DNA of 64,000 nt from Zygnema circumcarinatum SAG 698-1b. Lineage: Eukaryota > Plantae > Zygnematophyceae. Of this stretch, positions 53,174 through 64,000 are shown piece by piece. Within the stretch, counting starts at the first letter, position 1, and each line of letters opens with the position of its first letter. Below the pieces are notes generated by a model. It was given only the letters and a program-made list of their open reading frames with translations. It did no database searches and was not told where the DNA came from. The translations under genes and the position numbers were made by a program. The DNA lies in NCBI GenBank assembly GCA_037447605.1, contig CM074807.1, positions 1,798,001 to 1,862,000 of the forward strand. Reading direction: 5' to 3'.

Positions 53174-54072
53174 GGGTAACTCTACTGCACCCCCGCGTTT
53201 TGTCTTTCGCACCCCCGTTTTGAAAATTTTGCCTGCCCGTTTTGGTTACCCCCCAGTTTTGAATATTTCGGGAAAAAATCTTTTTCCCGCCCCTTTCGTC
53301 CCCTCCGCTGGCCCCTGTTGCGAAACGCTATAAACTTAAATGTATGGTCGTTCGTTTATATCCACGGTTGCCCTTTAACGGTAGTGTTTATGGGTTGGTA
53401 CCGGGATGTGCCGAGTTCGAACTTTATAGGAAGCCTGTTTGTTTCATTCCCCCTCATCATTTTTTGGACATTCCATCCCCTCGTTTTCTCCTTTTCACTA
53501 TTGACTTCCAACAATGTGCGACAAAAGAAAAGGGGATTTGCATTGGTCTCAAGATGGTGAGGCCATCAAATAAACATGGACAAAGTCAACATAGGAACCA
53601 CAAGAAATTAGTCGCAAATGAAACAAGCACAAAATAAAAAAACTAGGAACAAAAAACTAAATTAAACTAAGCTTAAGTACAAAAACGCAACCTTAAACAA
53701 CCCTGCAAAGGTCACCAATGTTGGGCAACTGTTACTCTTTGTTTTCAGGTTACCCCTAATTAAGGCAAGATCTTAAATTGTGGCCTGCTTGTTTGCAATT
53801 GGAACATTTTTTCCCTTCAACGTACTCGAAATAGCTCTTGTCCCGGCTGATTGCCGAATTGCGCGCGCCAGAAGGTCGACCTCGTTCCTTCATAACCGGG
53901 GGAGGGTTTTGCAACCGCAATGGTTCGAGGGGGGGCAGCGGAGGGGACGAAAGGGGCGGGAAAAAGATTTTTTACCGAAATATTCAAAACTGGGGGGTAA
54001 CCAAAACGGGCAGGCAAAATTTTCAAAACGGGGGTGCGAAAGACAAAACGCGGGGGTGCAGTAGAGTTACCC
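53174..54072. mobile_element. Non-autonomous MULE-like element with ~136-bp TIRs
   Basis: TIR GGGTAACTCTACTGCACCCCCGCG... (53174-53309 vs 53937-54072, about one mismatch) and exact 8-bp TSD GGGTTTTA (53166-73, 54073-80). Confidence 0.9.
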
Positions 54073-54281
54073 GGGTTTTAAACTTGTAGGGTTTTAGGGG
54101 TACGGATAGTACGGGTACTACGGTTAACACAGAATTACCGTACAAAAAGGTGGTTTCGGCAAAATCGGGGCGAATTTCTTGGGGACGCACTGTACAGGGT
54201 GGAAAATATGAGGACTGTTGACTGTAGTGATTGTTGACATGGCATGCAGCGGGAACGGAGGGAGGGGGGGCGAGGGCAGCC

Positions 54282-56011
54282 ATGGCGGGAGGGGGAGGAG
54301 TGGGGACGCGGGTGGAGGCGGCGTGGCGGCCGGGCGGCGCCAACGGGCGGGCGGGCTCCGTGTTCTGCTCGCTGCTGCCCTGCCAGGTGGGGGCGCGCTA
54401 TGCTCTCGCTCGCGCGCGGCCGGCCGGGGAGGGGGATGGGAGCGCTCTGGAGGGAAGCAGGAAAGGGGTAAAGCAGATTTTGTAGTTTATTTGAGATTGG
54501 AAACAAGGGGGGATTGCCGGAGAATAAATGGATTATCAGAAAGGGTATAGAAAGGGCATGGCGAGTTGATTTATTTTTTAAAATTGGCTTTACAGCTCTA
54601 ATGCCAACTTGAAGTGGAAGTTGAAATTTGAGAATAGCGCAAATAAATATTTTGCTAGCCTGAAAATCTTTACAATATTGCGCAATAATCATTTCATACA
54701 CGTGCCTTTGCCGTTTGGCATTGTTCAGCGACCAACAGGGAAGAACAATGTTGTTGGAGCTAAAAGTCGCGTTGAGATTGTTGAAAAATAGTGAATGGCA
54801 GGCAGGCAGCCATCTCAAGTCAAGTGAAATGCAGAAGGAAAAAATAATGACGAGGCAATCGTAAGGTACAAGGCAAACAGATGTTAACATTGGTAATCTT
54901 GCAAACCAAGCATAGGCACTTGCTAAGCAATTGTCTCTGGGAGGGGCTGCAGAAGTCAAAGGGGGCGGCAATATTCTTCGCGGGCGATAACGCGGAGGGA
55001 ATGGGCGACCCTGTTGTCGACCGTCTTTCAAAGCCGGAAATTCTGGCGAACCTCATAGTCTCAAAGCTCGGTCCAGCTATTGACGCGTGGGTTGTCTTTC
55101 CAGCACGTTACGAGGGCCCCTTCGCAGTTTACAAGGGCTTCCTTCCGAACATGACTAAGTTTGGAGACCCATTGGGATACAATCTCGAGGGGCTGCCAGC
55201 GTTTAATCACCTTTTTTCCCTTCTCAGGAAAGTGCAGGAGCAAGTAAACCAAACCTTAAGGAAACTCGATTCCAGTGACAGGCGGAAGCATGTTGCAGTA
55301 AATCGAGAAGTAAATTTGTCAAAGCCAGTGCTTTTCAATGCAGCGGCTCCAGAAATGGGACAATGGAAACCAGTTACTCTTTTTGCTTTTAGTAAAGGGG
55401 GCGTTGTACTCAACCAGCTTCTAGCAGAGGTAGGATATGCAGGTCGACTGCGACATGAGCAAGGAGAAACAAATGCCGCTCGTAGAGAAGACCTGACATA
55501 TACAGAATCTTGTGTACAACAGGACAGAGACTCTATTGATCTTGGTGAGGGCAAGGTGGAATTGAGAATGGACCAGAGCTCCCATATTGAAGAAGCTCAA
55601 GGCGCAGCTGCAAAGGACTGTTGGGTTAGTGACACTGTGGGGGGAAGCCTGCCACTTTCTGTTGATGCTTTCATTGATAGCGTGGAAGCTATGCATTTTG
55701 TTGATGTGGGGCTCAACACGCGTGGGGCCTATCTGGCAGACGAATCATTGGTTCAAGACCTTGTAAACATGATGAAGCAGAGAGAGCATAAGCTGAAGAT
55801 TTGTTTGCATGGTACTCCACGGCAGTGGAAGGACTGGAGGAGGCCTTGGATCGGGGAGGAAAAGGACAGATTTGTAGCTCTGTTGAGGGAAGCGATAGCA
55901 AAGCGCGGAGTTGAAAATTTGACAGTACTCGAGCGCCTTTATTTTCAAAGCAGAGATGCTATCAATATGCGTATGCATTTTCAGATCCTTGAAGAGCTCA
56001 CTCTTCCATGA
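54282..56011 (+). CDS. C2orf69: UPF0565 / C2orf69-like protein
   Basis: Exon 1 (54282-54386, 35 codons, phase 0) splices in frame to exon 2 (54953-56011). Motifs: AIFFAGD, AWVVFPARYEGPFAVYKGF, LFAFSKGGVVLNQL, HFVDVGLNTRGAYL, LHGTPRQW, RMHFQILE. Confidence 0.9.
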
Positions 56012-57117
56012 CATGAATGATGTGGGTCACTTCATATGTCGAGCCTTTTATTGATGTGATCTATTTCTAGCACTATAGAAATGAAACACGTAGACAATAA
56101 ATTGGGTCTGTGTTCAGATGAACAGTATGGGGGTGTTTTGAAACTCTCACAATTGAAAGGAGTGGCCAATATATTGAGAGGACGAGCGAGTGGGAGAGGG
56201 GGAGGTGTGCAGAGGAGGGGCGACGGCGAGAGTGTTTTGTTTGCTCTCCAAACATATTCGGAGGATAGGCCTTTTCCTCAAGTGTTTTTGGCAGGTCAGA
56301 TTTTACATACAACAGACCAGTTCATTTATGTGCGCATTTTACACCGAAAGTGCGCATTTTACACCGAAAGCCCCGCACAAGCTACAATACACTTCAATCC
56401 ATTAAAAACTGATGACACCCGACAATAGGATGCAATCATGGATAGGCACAACAACTCCTGTACACGAGTTGTGAGCCTCAAATGGCATAAGCCCAAGTAC
56501 TTCACAACTTGGGAAGAGTGCCTTAAGCTACAAATGGGGCACATGAAAGGATATAAAAATGAATGTGCGTTTAAGACAAAAAAAATTGATGTCAGTGGGC
56601 TCCATAAGGACGCAATTCAAAGATCACAGCAGGAATTAAAGAAACAAGTTCGACTAAATTGACGGCACTTCCAGGAGGATTTTCGAAGAGCTTCACTTGT
56701 TTGGAAACAGTGACTAGGCTTGTATGCCACGCCAAGAATATTATAAAACTGAAGTGCATTTTTTCATGCATTTACTTGACATTCTGCAACTGTAATGGTA
56801 AAGCTCTGCCCATCTCGCCAGCAAACGATCAATGGAAAGCTGTCTGCATTCATTCCATCCAGCACTACGTGCTTGAGCTCCATGAGGCCATTTGCCATGG
56901 GAACTGCATTACAACCTTGGCTCCCACTAGTTCAACTCACATATGCCATCTATTCTGGACGCTACAGACATGGCTAGGGTTTGATCCCGACCTAATTAGG
57001 TCAACAACCCTGACAAGGATGACGGCCCTCTGTGTGCTACCAAATCAGCGTCTTGCCAAATCTACATCCTCCACATCTTCCTCGCAGCCACACCTCCTCA
57101 AGAAGTGCGCCTTGCAG

Positions 57118-57423
57118 TCACTCGGACGACTCGCTCATTCTCCTAGCGGCTTCCTCATGCGCCCAGCGGATTAAGCTCGTGTCAGGCCGAGCCGTGAGCC
57201 CCACAGAGAGCAGTACGGCCGTGACAGCCATGGTGAGATAGTAGGGCGCCTCCCAGTCTTCCCACTCGCGCTTCACCCCCGGAGGCAGGGGCGCCTCTCC
57301 AAAGAGGTGCCCCGTGGGCTCGTGCGTGCCCGGCCCCCACCATCCACCCGGCGGCGCATCGCCCCCTCGCAGCCGCAGCGCCCGCCGCACCACGCCCGCC
57401 CCCGCCCGCACAAGCGCCCGCAT
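57118..57423 (-). CDS. NDUFB11: Mitochondrial complex I subunit NDUFB11 (ESSS), intronless
   Basis: EPTGHLFGEAPLPPGVKREWEDWEAPYY, a transmembrane helix, then GLTARPDTSLIRWAHEEAARR; this matches the recalled plant NDUFB11 pattern (WEDWELP...NAKPD...WAHQKA). Confidence 0.9.
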   Translation of the reverse strand: MRALVRAGAGVVRRALRLRGGDAPPGGWWGPGTHEPTGHLFGEAPLPPGVKREWEDWEAPYYLTMAVTAVLLSVGLTARPDTSLIRWAHEEAARRMSESSE

Positions 57424-58477
57424 TGCCGCAGAGCTCTCCCCTCCCTGCACCTCCCTCCCTCCCAGCAGGGGCCTCCGCGCTCACCACACGGCCACAGTTG
57501 AGGGGGGCGAGGGCGCCCTCCCGAGCTAGCTATGCAGGAGGGCACATGTCGCAGTTCGCAGTTACGTGTTAGGATTTGCGGACGCTCTCGCCGTTTCAAA
57601 CGTCCCCCCGCGCGGCAGCGGTCGGCGGCGACACGTGGCGAACCGAACGCAGCGGCGAGCTGGGGTTGCGGCGTTTTGGCAAAACGGCCGCGCAACTGCG
57701 CGTGGACATGGATACGCGAACCGCCCGCTGCCTGCTCGCAGTGGGACGGACGGCGCGACGCGGCCATGCCATGCCATGCAGGCGCGATGGCTGCGCAGTT
57801 CGCAGGCGCAGGGCCCTTCCTTGGGCGGTCGTTAGCGCGTGTTGGGGCGACGGCGCGCTACGGTCCCTCAGCGGAGCAGACTGCAGACAAGCGGAGGCGC
57901 GGAACTCCCCGCCTTGTGCCGGCAGTGAGATGGCTCTGCGCACAAACGCCATTTTCCCGCGGCCTCAACAAAAGTGGTGGAGTACGGTCGTCTCGAGAGT
58001 GGACGCGCGAGAAGTCGGCTGGAACACGGGGGGGAGCGTGTCTACAGCCGCACGGCATCAAATCAGAACACGACTTCATCGCAAAATCCTCACTTTACAC
58101 AGGTGCCTTTTCGGTGACCACTTCACCGGCTAATGCTTTAATGGTCAATGGGTCAATGGTCAATAATCAATGGTCAATGCTCCATGTCAATGTTCAAAGT
58201 TCAACTATCAATACGGAGATGTAACGCTCCGACTAAACCAGTAAGCTAAAGGACCTCCAACAGGCTACCTCTGCCAGGGAGCATAAATCAGGTGCATTAA
58301 ATACTAAGGGTTGGAGGGCCCGGAAATGGAGTGCCCTCACAACCGGAGGACACTCTCCGCCACGAGCCCAATACATTGCACAGAAATTTCAAGCAAGCAT
58401 GTTGCTGTGAGCCAATGACAGAACAAGCCACTCGATTGATTCGAAAGAAGCACTGCGAGTGCAAGGGAGGGCGGGGT

Positions 58478-61400
58478 TCAAAAGAGCGGATACGCAGAGG
58501 GAAAGCGCACAGCGTTCCATCGCCTCTCATAAGCCGCCCACGGCCCATAGCCCGCCTCCTCCAACAGAGCAACCTTCAGCTCCTGCAAGGCTGCGTCTGC
58601 CGGCTTGCTCTCATCCTCCTCCATCTTCAGAAGGGCCTGCAACGCAGCAAAAATCAAACTAAATAAAAGAGCCCACACTGTATATTCCAGCACTCTGAAA
58701 CACTGTCGCAAACCAGCGACATTCCTCTTCTGTTCTACAGAGATTTCACTTGTGTTGCCATTTGTCCTTGTGTGTGACAAAACGAACCCCCATACCTGCA
58801 GGGCAAGGCCGTGCCTTCCCGCCCGCCTCTCGCGCAGGACTGCCAACAGTCCGTACTTTGTCTGCCCCAAATCTGCCCATTTCCGAATCTCCACGAAGTT
58901 TGCTTCAAAGGCATCCACCTTCTCCGCTTCAGATTTCACTGAACTGTCAGAGGAGGGTTTGGAGGAGTGAACAGAGGCGGCCGCCAACAGCAGCAGACTG
59001 CCCTCCGCACCTGCCCCCTCTCCGCCCTTAGAAGATGCAATTGGGCCGCCAACCTCGCTCGTATCCTCAGACATAGAAACCTCCTGTAAACACAGTATGT
59101 CAAAGGAAGACTTCAATCCAAGGTGTGCAGCCATGGCCTCAAGCACGGGATGGGCCCATGCTTCAGTTGTGCCTTGGGAGGTCTTAGTTTTCCTCCAAAA
59201 GAGTCCATAGCTTGAAAGTAGTATGTAGCACAATATGGCAGAAAGAGACAGTATTCCCCTAGAACAGAATCAAGTTATGAAGGGAGCAATGCAGCAAGTT
59301 AGGGAGGAAGTGTCGACTTAGAGTGCCGACTTAGAGGGGTAGCACTGTGGCAAAAACACACGTGCATACTAAGAAAAATTCTTAGTCAAATTTTGGAAAA
59401 CCCACGCCCTACATTTGAGTAAAGCCACCTACAAAACAGCGTTCTCATATGGAAACCCACTCTTTAAGTGGCCCAATGCTTCGAATCAAGCAAAACGACA
59501 TGCATATTGAGAGATGCGTTCCTCTCTGTGACACTCAAAACATCAAAGTATGTGCTGCACTTGCCTCCACAGTACTGGTTTCATTTCCAGATGGCTTCTC
59601 ATGGGCAACTGCACTCCCGTTGGTAGCTGCGGAATCATCGCTAACCTGCACCATCTCGCAGTTCCTGATATTGACTTACACTACCACTCATCGGCCAACT
59701 CATTCACAGGGAAAAAGAAAAGACCAAAGAGTTCTGACAAACGAATACCCGAAGAGGAACAAAAGTCACGACATAAATGGGTACGCAAGATTGTTAGCCA
59801 TTGCCAATTCACCGATGAAGAAAAAATTGTGCGTAGAAATCTGGTGAAATAGTTGTCCGAGGGAATGAGTGCAGCCCACCTTGAGAGTGCTCTCCAGTTC
59901 CGCCAAAGCCAACCCCTTGCGGTACAGTGCGTCAACCAAAGCATCGCGCTGACCCTCCCTCTCCTTCTTCACCCTCTGCTTCACCTCCCTCCCACAGAAC
60001 TCTTCAACACCATTCTGTGGGCATTGCTCACTCCCATCGAGCAGATAATACCCAAAGGCTATTGACAAGGCAATCAACAAGGCAATAAACTCGGCGCATC
60101 CAATACTTGGCATGTTCGCAGATGCTTTAGAGATTCGGCTATTGAAAACAATGATTTGCTCCACTTTCAGCTGGGTTCGTTCAATTAGTGAACGATTGCT
60201 GACTTCACAATGGTGAGCTGCTTGCTGTCAGCTTACCACGGCTTCTGAACCTTCAGCATCAGTTTTCATGGCGAAATGTACAGCCAAAGCACCTCGATCG
60301 ATGACGGCGATGACCGCATCCGCCGCCTCCACCACCTTCAAAATGCTTCAGCAAAAACCAATTACTGCAAAACTCCTCTTAATGTCAAAAACATGTACTG
60401 GTGGGATGCAAAAGGGGTCCAGAGTCTTAGTCAAATGCCCTTTCGAGAGAATGCAGAGGTGAGGTGAGAGCAGTTGAATGAGGGGCAGAACAGATGGCCA
60501 AAAAGCTTTTGCAGAAGTCCGATGCAGGGCCCCAAAGCAAGAAGAGTGATTGTGAGCACACCTGAGGCAGGATGGTCTTGCGCTTTTCTTTGTCTTTGAC
60601 ATCATCTATATGATGCAAGATTTCTGTCAGCAAAGGCAAATGCTCCGGATACTCCTTCTGCACAAATCACACGTCTCGTCAATATTCTGCTCTGCACATG
60701 GATTCTAACAACGCTATTATTCTCGAAATAGGTGGAACGCGGAAAAGTAAGAGATATTCCATGGCGGTGCCAAATCTCCAAGCTAAGACTTTGTGCGAGC
60801 TGTCTTGCAGCATAAGGTTCAGAGTGTCTGCGGTTTAAGGCTGAAGTGACAAAACCTTGAGAGATGTTGCCAGCTCGTCGTACTCAGCTTTCTCCGTGTC
60901 CGATGATGATGGCAAACTTCCGAGAAGTTTCACCTTGGCATCGCGCAGCTGATAGCCAGAACACGCCACAACCACAACACTGAGCATCCTTCAATTCGAT
61001 AAAACCCCCATATTTCAGAGCGATATCGACACGGCGAGGAAAGAAATGGGGTGCAAACGCGCAACGTAGGAATGAATAGATTCGCAAGGAAGCTCTTTTA
61101 CAGAGAGCATTGCGGAGTTCACTTTTCCGCTAATGGGCCCCAATCCATGGCCAGGAACAGCTCAGAGCTGAACAACATAACACAGGTTTGCCGCATGCAA
61201 CCAGCATATCCTCTCAATAATCGTGCTCGGCTTGGTGGCATCTCGATAAGCAACTGAAGAGGGTGCTAGAGAATTAAGAGAACAATAGCTTACTTCATCT
61301 TCTAAACGATCCTTGGCTGACTTCTTCGTCTCAGTGCTGCCTTTGTCCTTCCCCTTGTCGTCCCCCTGCAGCGCACGAGCAGAGACATTTCTTTCAACAT

Positions 61401-64000
61401 GACTGTCAACCAGCATAAGTGAGCCCACGAACAACAGTCAAACGACTTCTGTACGTTTGTGATATGAGGCCGTTATTGCAGCAAAAAACTAATCCACAAA
61501 GAGTCGAAGGGAAGAAAAACGAAATGTTTCCTTGTGCATCTCTTGCTGCACAAGGATAGAGTAAAGCAATAATGAAGTTGTGCTTTAACAGTCTCTTCTT
61601 ATTAGCAACTTCTCCTATGCTGATCACGGTGTTTTGCTTTCGCTGATCTTGCTTTAATCTTCCTCAGAACTTTATAAAGTCAATCTGTTTCTTTTGTCAA
61701 GGGAACAACTGGAACATAGGATAGGCAAGCCAACGACCCAGCAATTGGCCAGGATACGCTTCTGGTGGGCGTATTCACATCTCTACATGAACATTGGGAA
61801 GGTTGTTTATACGCGCATGGTGCGATGATAGCTGGAGGACCAACATTGAGCGCTTCTTGAATGATGCAGAGGGACGTGCATGCAAACATCGGGACCGAAT
61901 GGTACGCGCAAATTCAGACCTCAGAATCATCAGCTCATCAACAGCAAACGGATAGATCGCGGGGATAAATTCACAGGAATTATGAGTGAGTTCAGTAACA
62001 GTCCTTTCAGTCAACAAAGGCTCTTTAACTCTTTTACCGTGTTTGAGCTTCAATTAACTCCGAAACTTGACAATGACTGAAGTGGGAAACATGTACAGTC
62101 ATCGTAAAAAAAAACCCCTCACTCGAAGAAATACCTTGCTGGGTTGCGGCACAACATAGGCGACCTGCGACCATGCGGGGCAAGCCTGGCCATTGTCGGA
62201 GCTCGGTCCGGATGACGACAACTTTCCGTACGTGATGCGGCCGAGCAGCATCGTCCCCACCGCTGCATCCTGCATGCATCCTTCGAGGAAGTTTACGAAT
62301 CACAGTTTCATGGATCGGAAGCGAAAAAGTATGGCAGTAGCAAAGGAGCGAGGGTGCAGAAAATACATTTCTGTCATAGATACAGTGATGAAGTTCCAAG
62401 CCAGAAGTATATCCTGAGGGAGGGAGCTACTGCACCTACCAGGGACAATGCTGCATGTATGCATGTATGTATGTATGTATGTATGTATGTATGTATGTAT
62501 GTATGTATGTATGTATGTATGTATGTATGTATGTATGTATGTATGTATGTATGTATGTATGCTGTATGTATGTAGCAGCTCACCTTTGGTAACTTGTCCT
62601 CAGCTGGTCCGGCGATAAAGAGAGGACGCTTTTCCCTGAAAGAAGGCATCCAGCCCCACAGCAGAAGGCAGGTATAGCATCCACTAAAGACAAGGCCATC
62701 AAGATTAATCTAACTCACTGAATATGTTTTGTACCATACTGGTGTATTATTCTTCATAAGCCATGCGAAATCCCCGATATGTCATGAGTCTTCACGTGTG
62801 AAGTAACCCAGGCTGTTTCTTTGACAAGAAAAGCTTAATAGCCTGAATGCAAATCAATGAAATTGATGCAGAACTCTCAACATAAGACTCGGCATGTACT
62901 AGCGAAGTGCATACAAGAAAACACAAACTCGTGACTGTGGTTTGTAAGCTCGTATCCCCTCAAACAGTCAGTAGATTAAATCAGCAATGTGTAGACTACA
63001 TGTGAACAAGGAGCAGTGCCAAAGGATCCCACCCCACGGCGATGGCAGAAGGCTTGAACAGATTTTCTCCACTCACGACGCCATCGTTGGTGGTATGGAA
63101 AGATAACTTCATGGAGCCCTGCAACGAAAGCTACTTCATCAGCCGGTGAAAAGACTTTCCTTTAATTTGCAAAGCCAGCTCTCGCAAGCATTTACACAAC
63201 TGGTATCTATTTGCAAGCCCATATCCAAGCAGCCTGCATTGCATGTCATTCAGAAATCCCTTCTGTAAGCGCAGATTAAACAAACCCCAAAAAACCTAGC
63301 TGTAATCATTCATGCAACAAACGTTATCCTTGATGTATCGACCTGCAGGCTCACCTTATCCTCCAGAGATCTATCCATTAAAAGTGGCGTCTTCTTCAGC
63401 TTTTCCAGAAGTGCTACATTATCGTGTCTGCCAGACAGCATCAACAACAACAGTCAGACACACATCGTAGATAAAGCACCTCCAGGCAAGCCAGTTATGG
63501 GAGTCAATCATGCACATGAAAGTTGCGATGTGGGAGCCACCGACACTTCCTCTCTCAGTGCTTGTGTGCATGGCATGCATGCATGTGCATGCATGCATGC
63601 GAGTCTCTGCCTCACCTGAGCAGCAGGCGGACGGAGTATTCGCCCTTGCTCAGCTTCACCGCCTTTGGGTACACGTTCCCACTCGCCACGAGCCGCTGGA
63701 CAAGGTCATGCCATCATGACCCCCATGCCTCACGCAGCCTTAAGCACATGGCATGGCATGAAGGGAAAGAGGGTGGAGTCCCATAATGGCAGCTCAGGAA
63801 TGGGAAGTTCAAATAGAAGAGGAAAGAGACGGCGATGCACCACTGTCAGTAACAGCCAAGCACTGACGCAAGAATGCGATACTAATACAGAAGTAGAAGG
63901 TGGGAGTATCGCCAGTTCCACCTTCAAAACATGCTATATTTGTCCCAAGGTGAGCCTACATGATGACTCGGGATGAGGAGCCAACCTTGTTTGCATCAAA
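58478..64000 (-). CDS. TPP2: Tripeptidyl-peptidase II, 3' part (5' end beyond the window)
   Basis: Multi-exon: VYPKAVKLSKGEYSVRLLL, LEKLKKTPLLMDRSLEDK, FIAGPAEDKLPK, SLLMVDSHV-like exon, LLIALS, VDALYRKGLALAELE, EYPEHLPLLTEIL, and C-terminus FEANFVEIRKW...AYERRWNAVRFPSAYPLF*. Confidence 0.93.
62463..62561. repeat. (ATGT)n microsatellite in a TPP2 intron
   Basis: About 25 pure ATGT units; source of the YVCM / HTYI ORFs. Confidence 0.95.

Larger units (their letters stand above)
50145..54224. mobile_element. Outer Tc1/mariner-type MITE (core ~0.6 kb) carrying four nested insertions
   Basis: After removing the nested inserts, the left TIR CAGTCAACAGTCCTCATATTTTC matches the right end GAAAATATGAGGACTGTTGACTG. 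TA TSD at 50143-44 and 54225-26. Confidence 0.85.

Noticed and set aside
54881-54952. ORF-track start for C2orf69 (MLTLVILQ...)
   Set aside because: This stretch is intronic; an upstream exon (54282-54386) splices in frame at 54953.
56331-56370. Perfect 20-bp tandem dimer TGCGCATTTTACACCGAAAG
   Set aside because: Only two copies, consistent with simple slippage, and no further structure.
57450-58224. 230-aa and 185-aa plus-strand ORFs upstream of NDUFB11
   Set aside because: GC-rich promoter region with low-complexity translation and no recognisable motif.
63570-63602. RY (CATGCA) repeat cluster as a B3-factor site
   Set aside because: It is intronic, and CATG-rich simple repeats are common throughout the introns in this window.

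Overview
This is eukaryotic nuclear DNA with GT-AG spliceosomal introns and plant-type genes. A streptophyte green alga or early-diverging plant is the likely source (inference), so most GC-rich ORFs in the supplied track are shadow frames. Eleven protein-coding loci can be read: a PXA/sorting-nexin gene (5' part only), bifunctional DHQ dehydratase/shikimate dehydrogenase, MenG, a PWI-domain SRRM1-like splicing factor, thylakoid Deg5 protease, an intronless orphan ORF, a peroxisomal enoyl-CoA hydratase (ends ARL), SEC23A-like, C2orf69/UPF0565-like, complex I NDUFB11, and TPP2 (3' part only). There are two transposon islands. The first (about 11.6-22 kb) holds a dead MULE, a dead Ty1/copia element, two solo LTRs of one family with exact 5-bp TSDs, and an antisense Ser/Thr kinase cassette whose catalytic core is triplicated; a 1414-bp exact duplication across an N-gap there is probably an assembly artefact. 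The second (50145-54224) is a stack of six DNA-transposon units (mariner-like, hAT, foldback MULE-like, Tourist, MULE-like) whose TIRs and TSDs can be read directly; it splits what was a ~240-bp SEC23/C2orf69 bidirectional promoter. The most notable signal is a promoter module containing the exact ERSE-type motif CCAAT-N9-CCACG. It is shared by the solo-LTR family and both arms of the foldback element, and also occurs in two host promoters. The LTRs additionally carry a tRNA-like Pol III A/B-box segment, and dense GTAC (SBP-box core) clusters lie just upstream of several start codons. All homology calls are from recalled family motifs; no database search was run.
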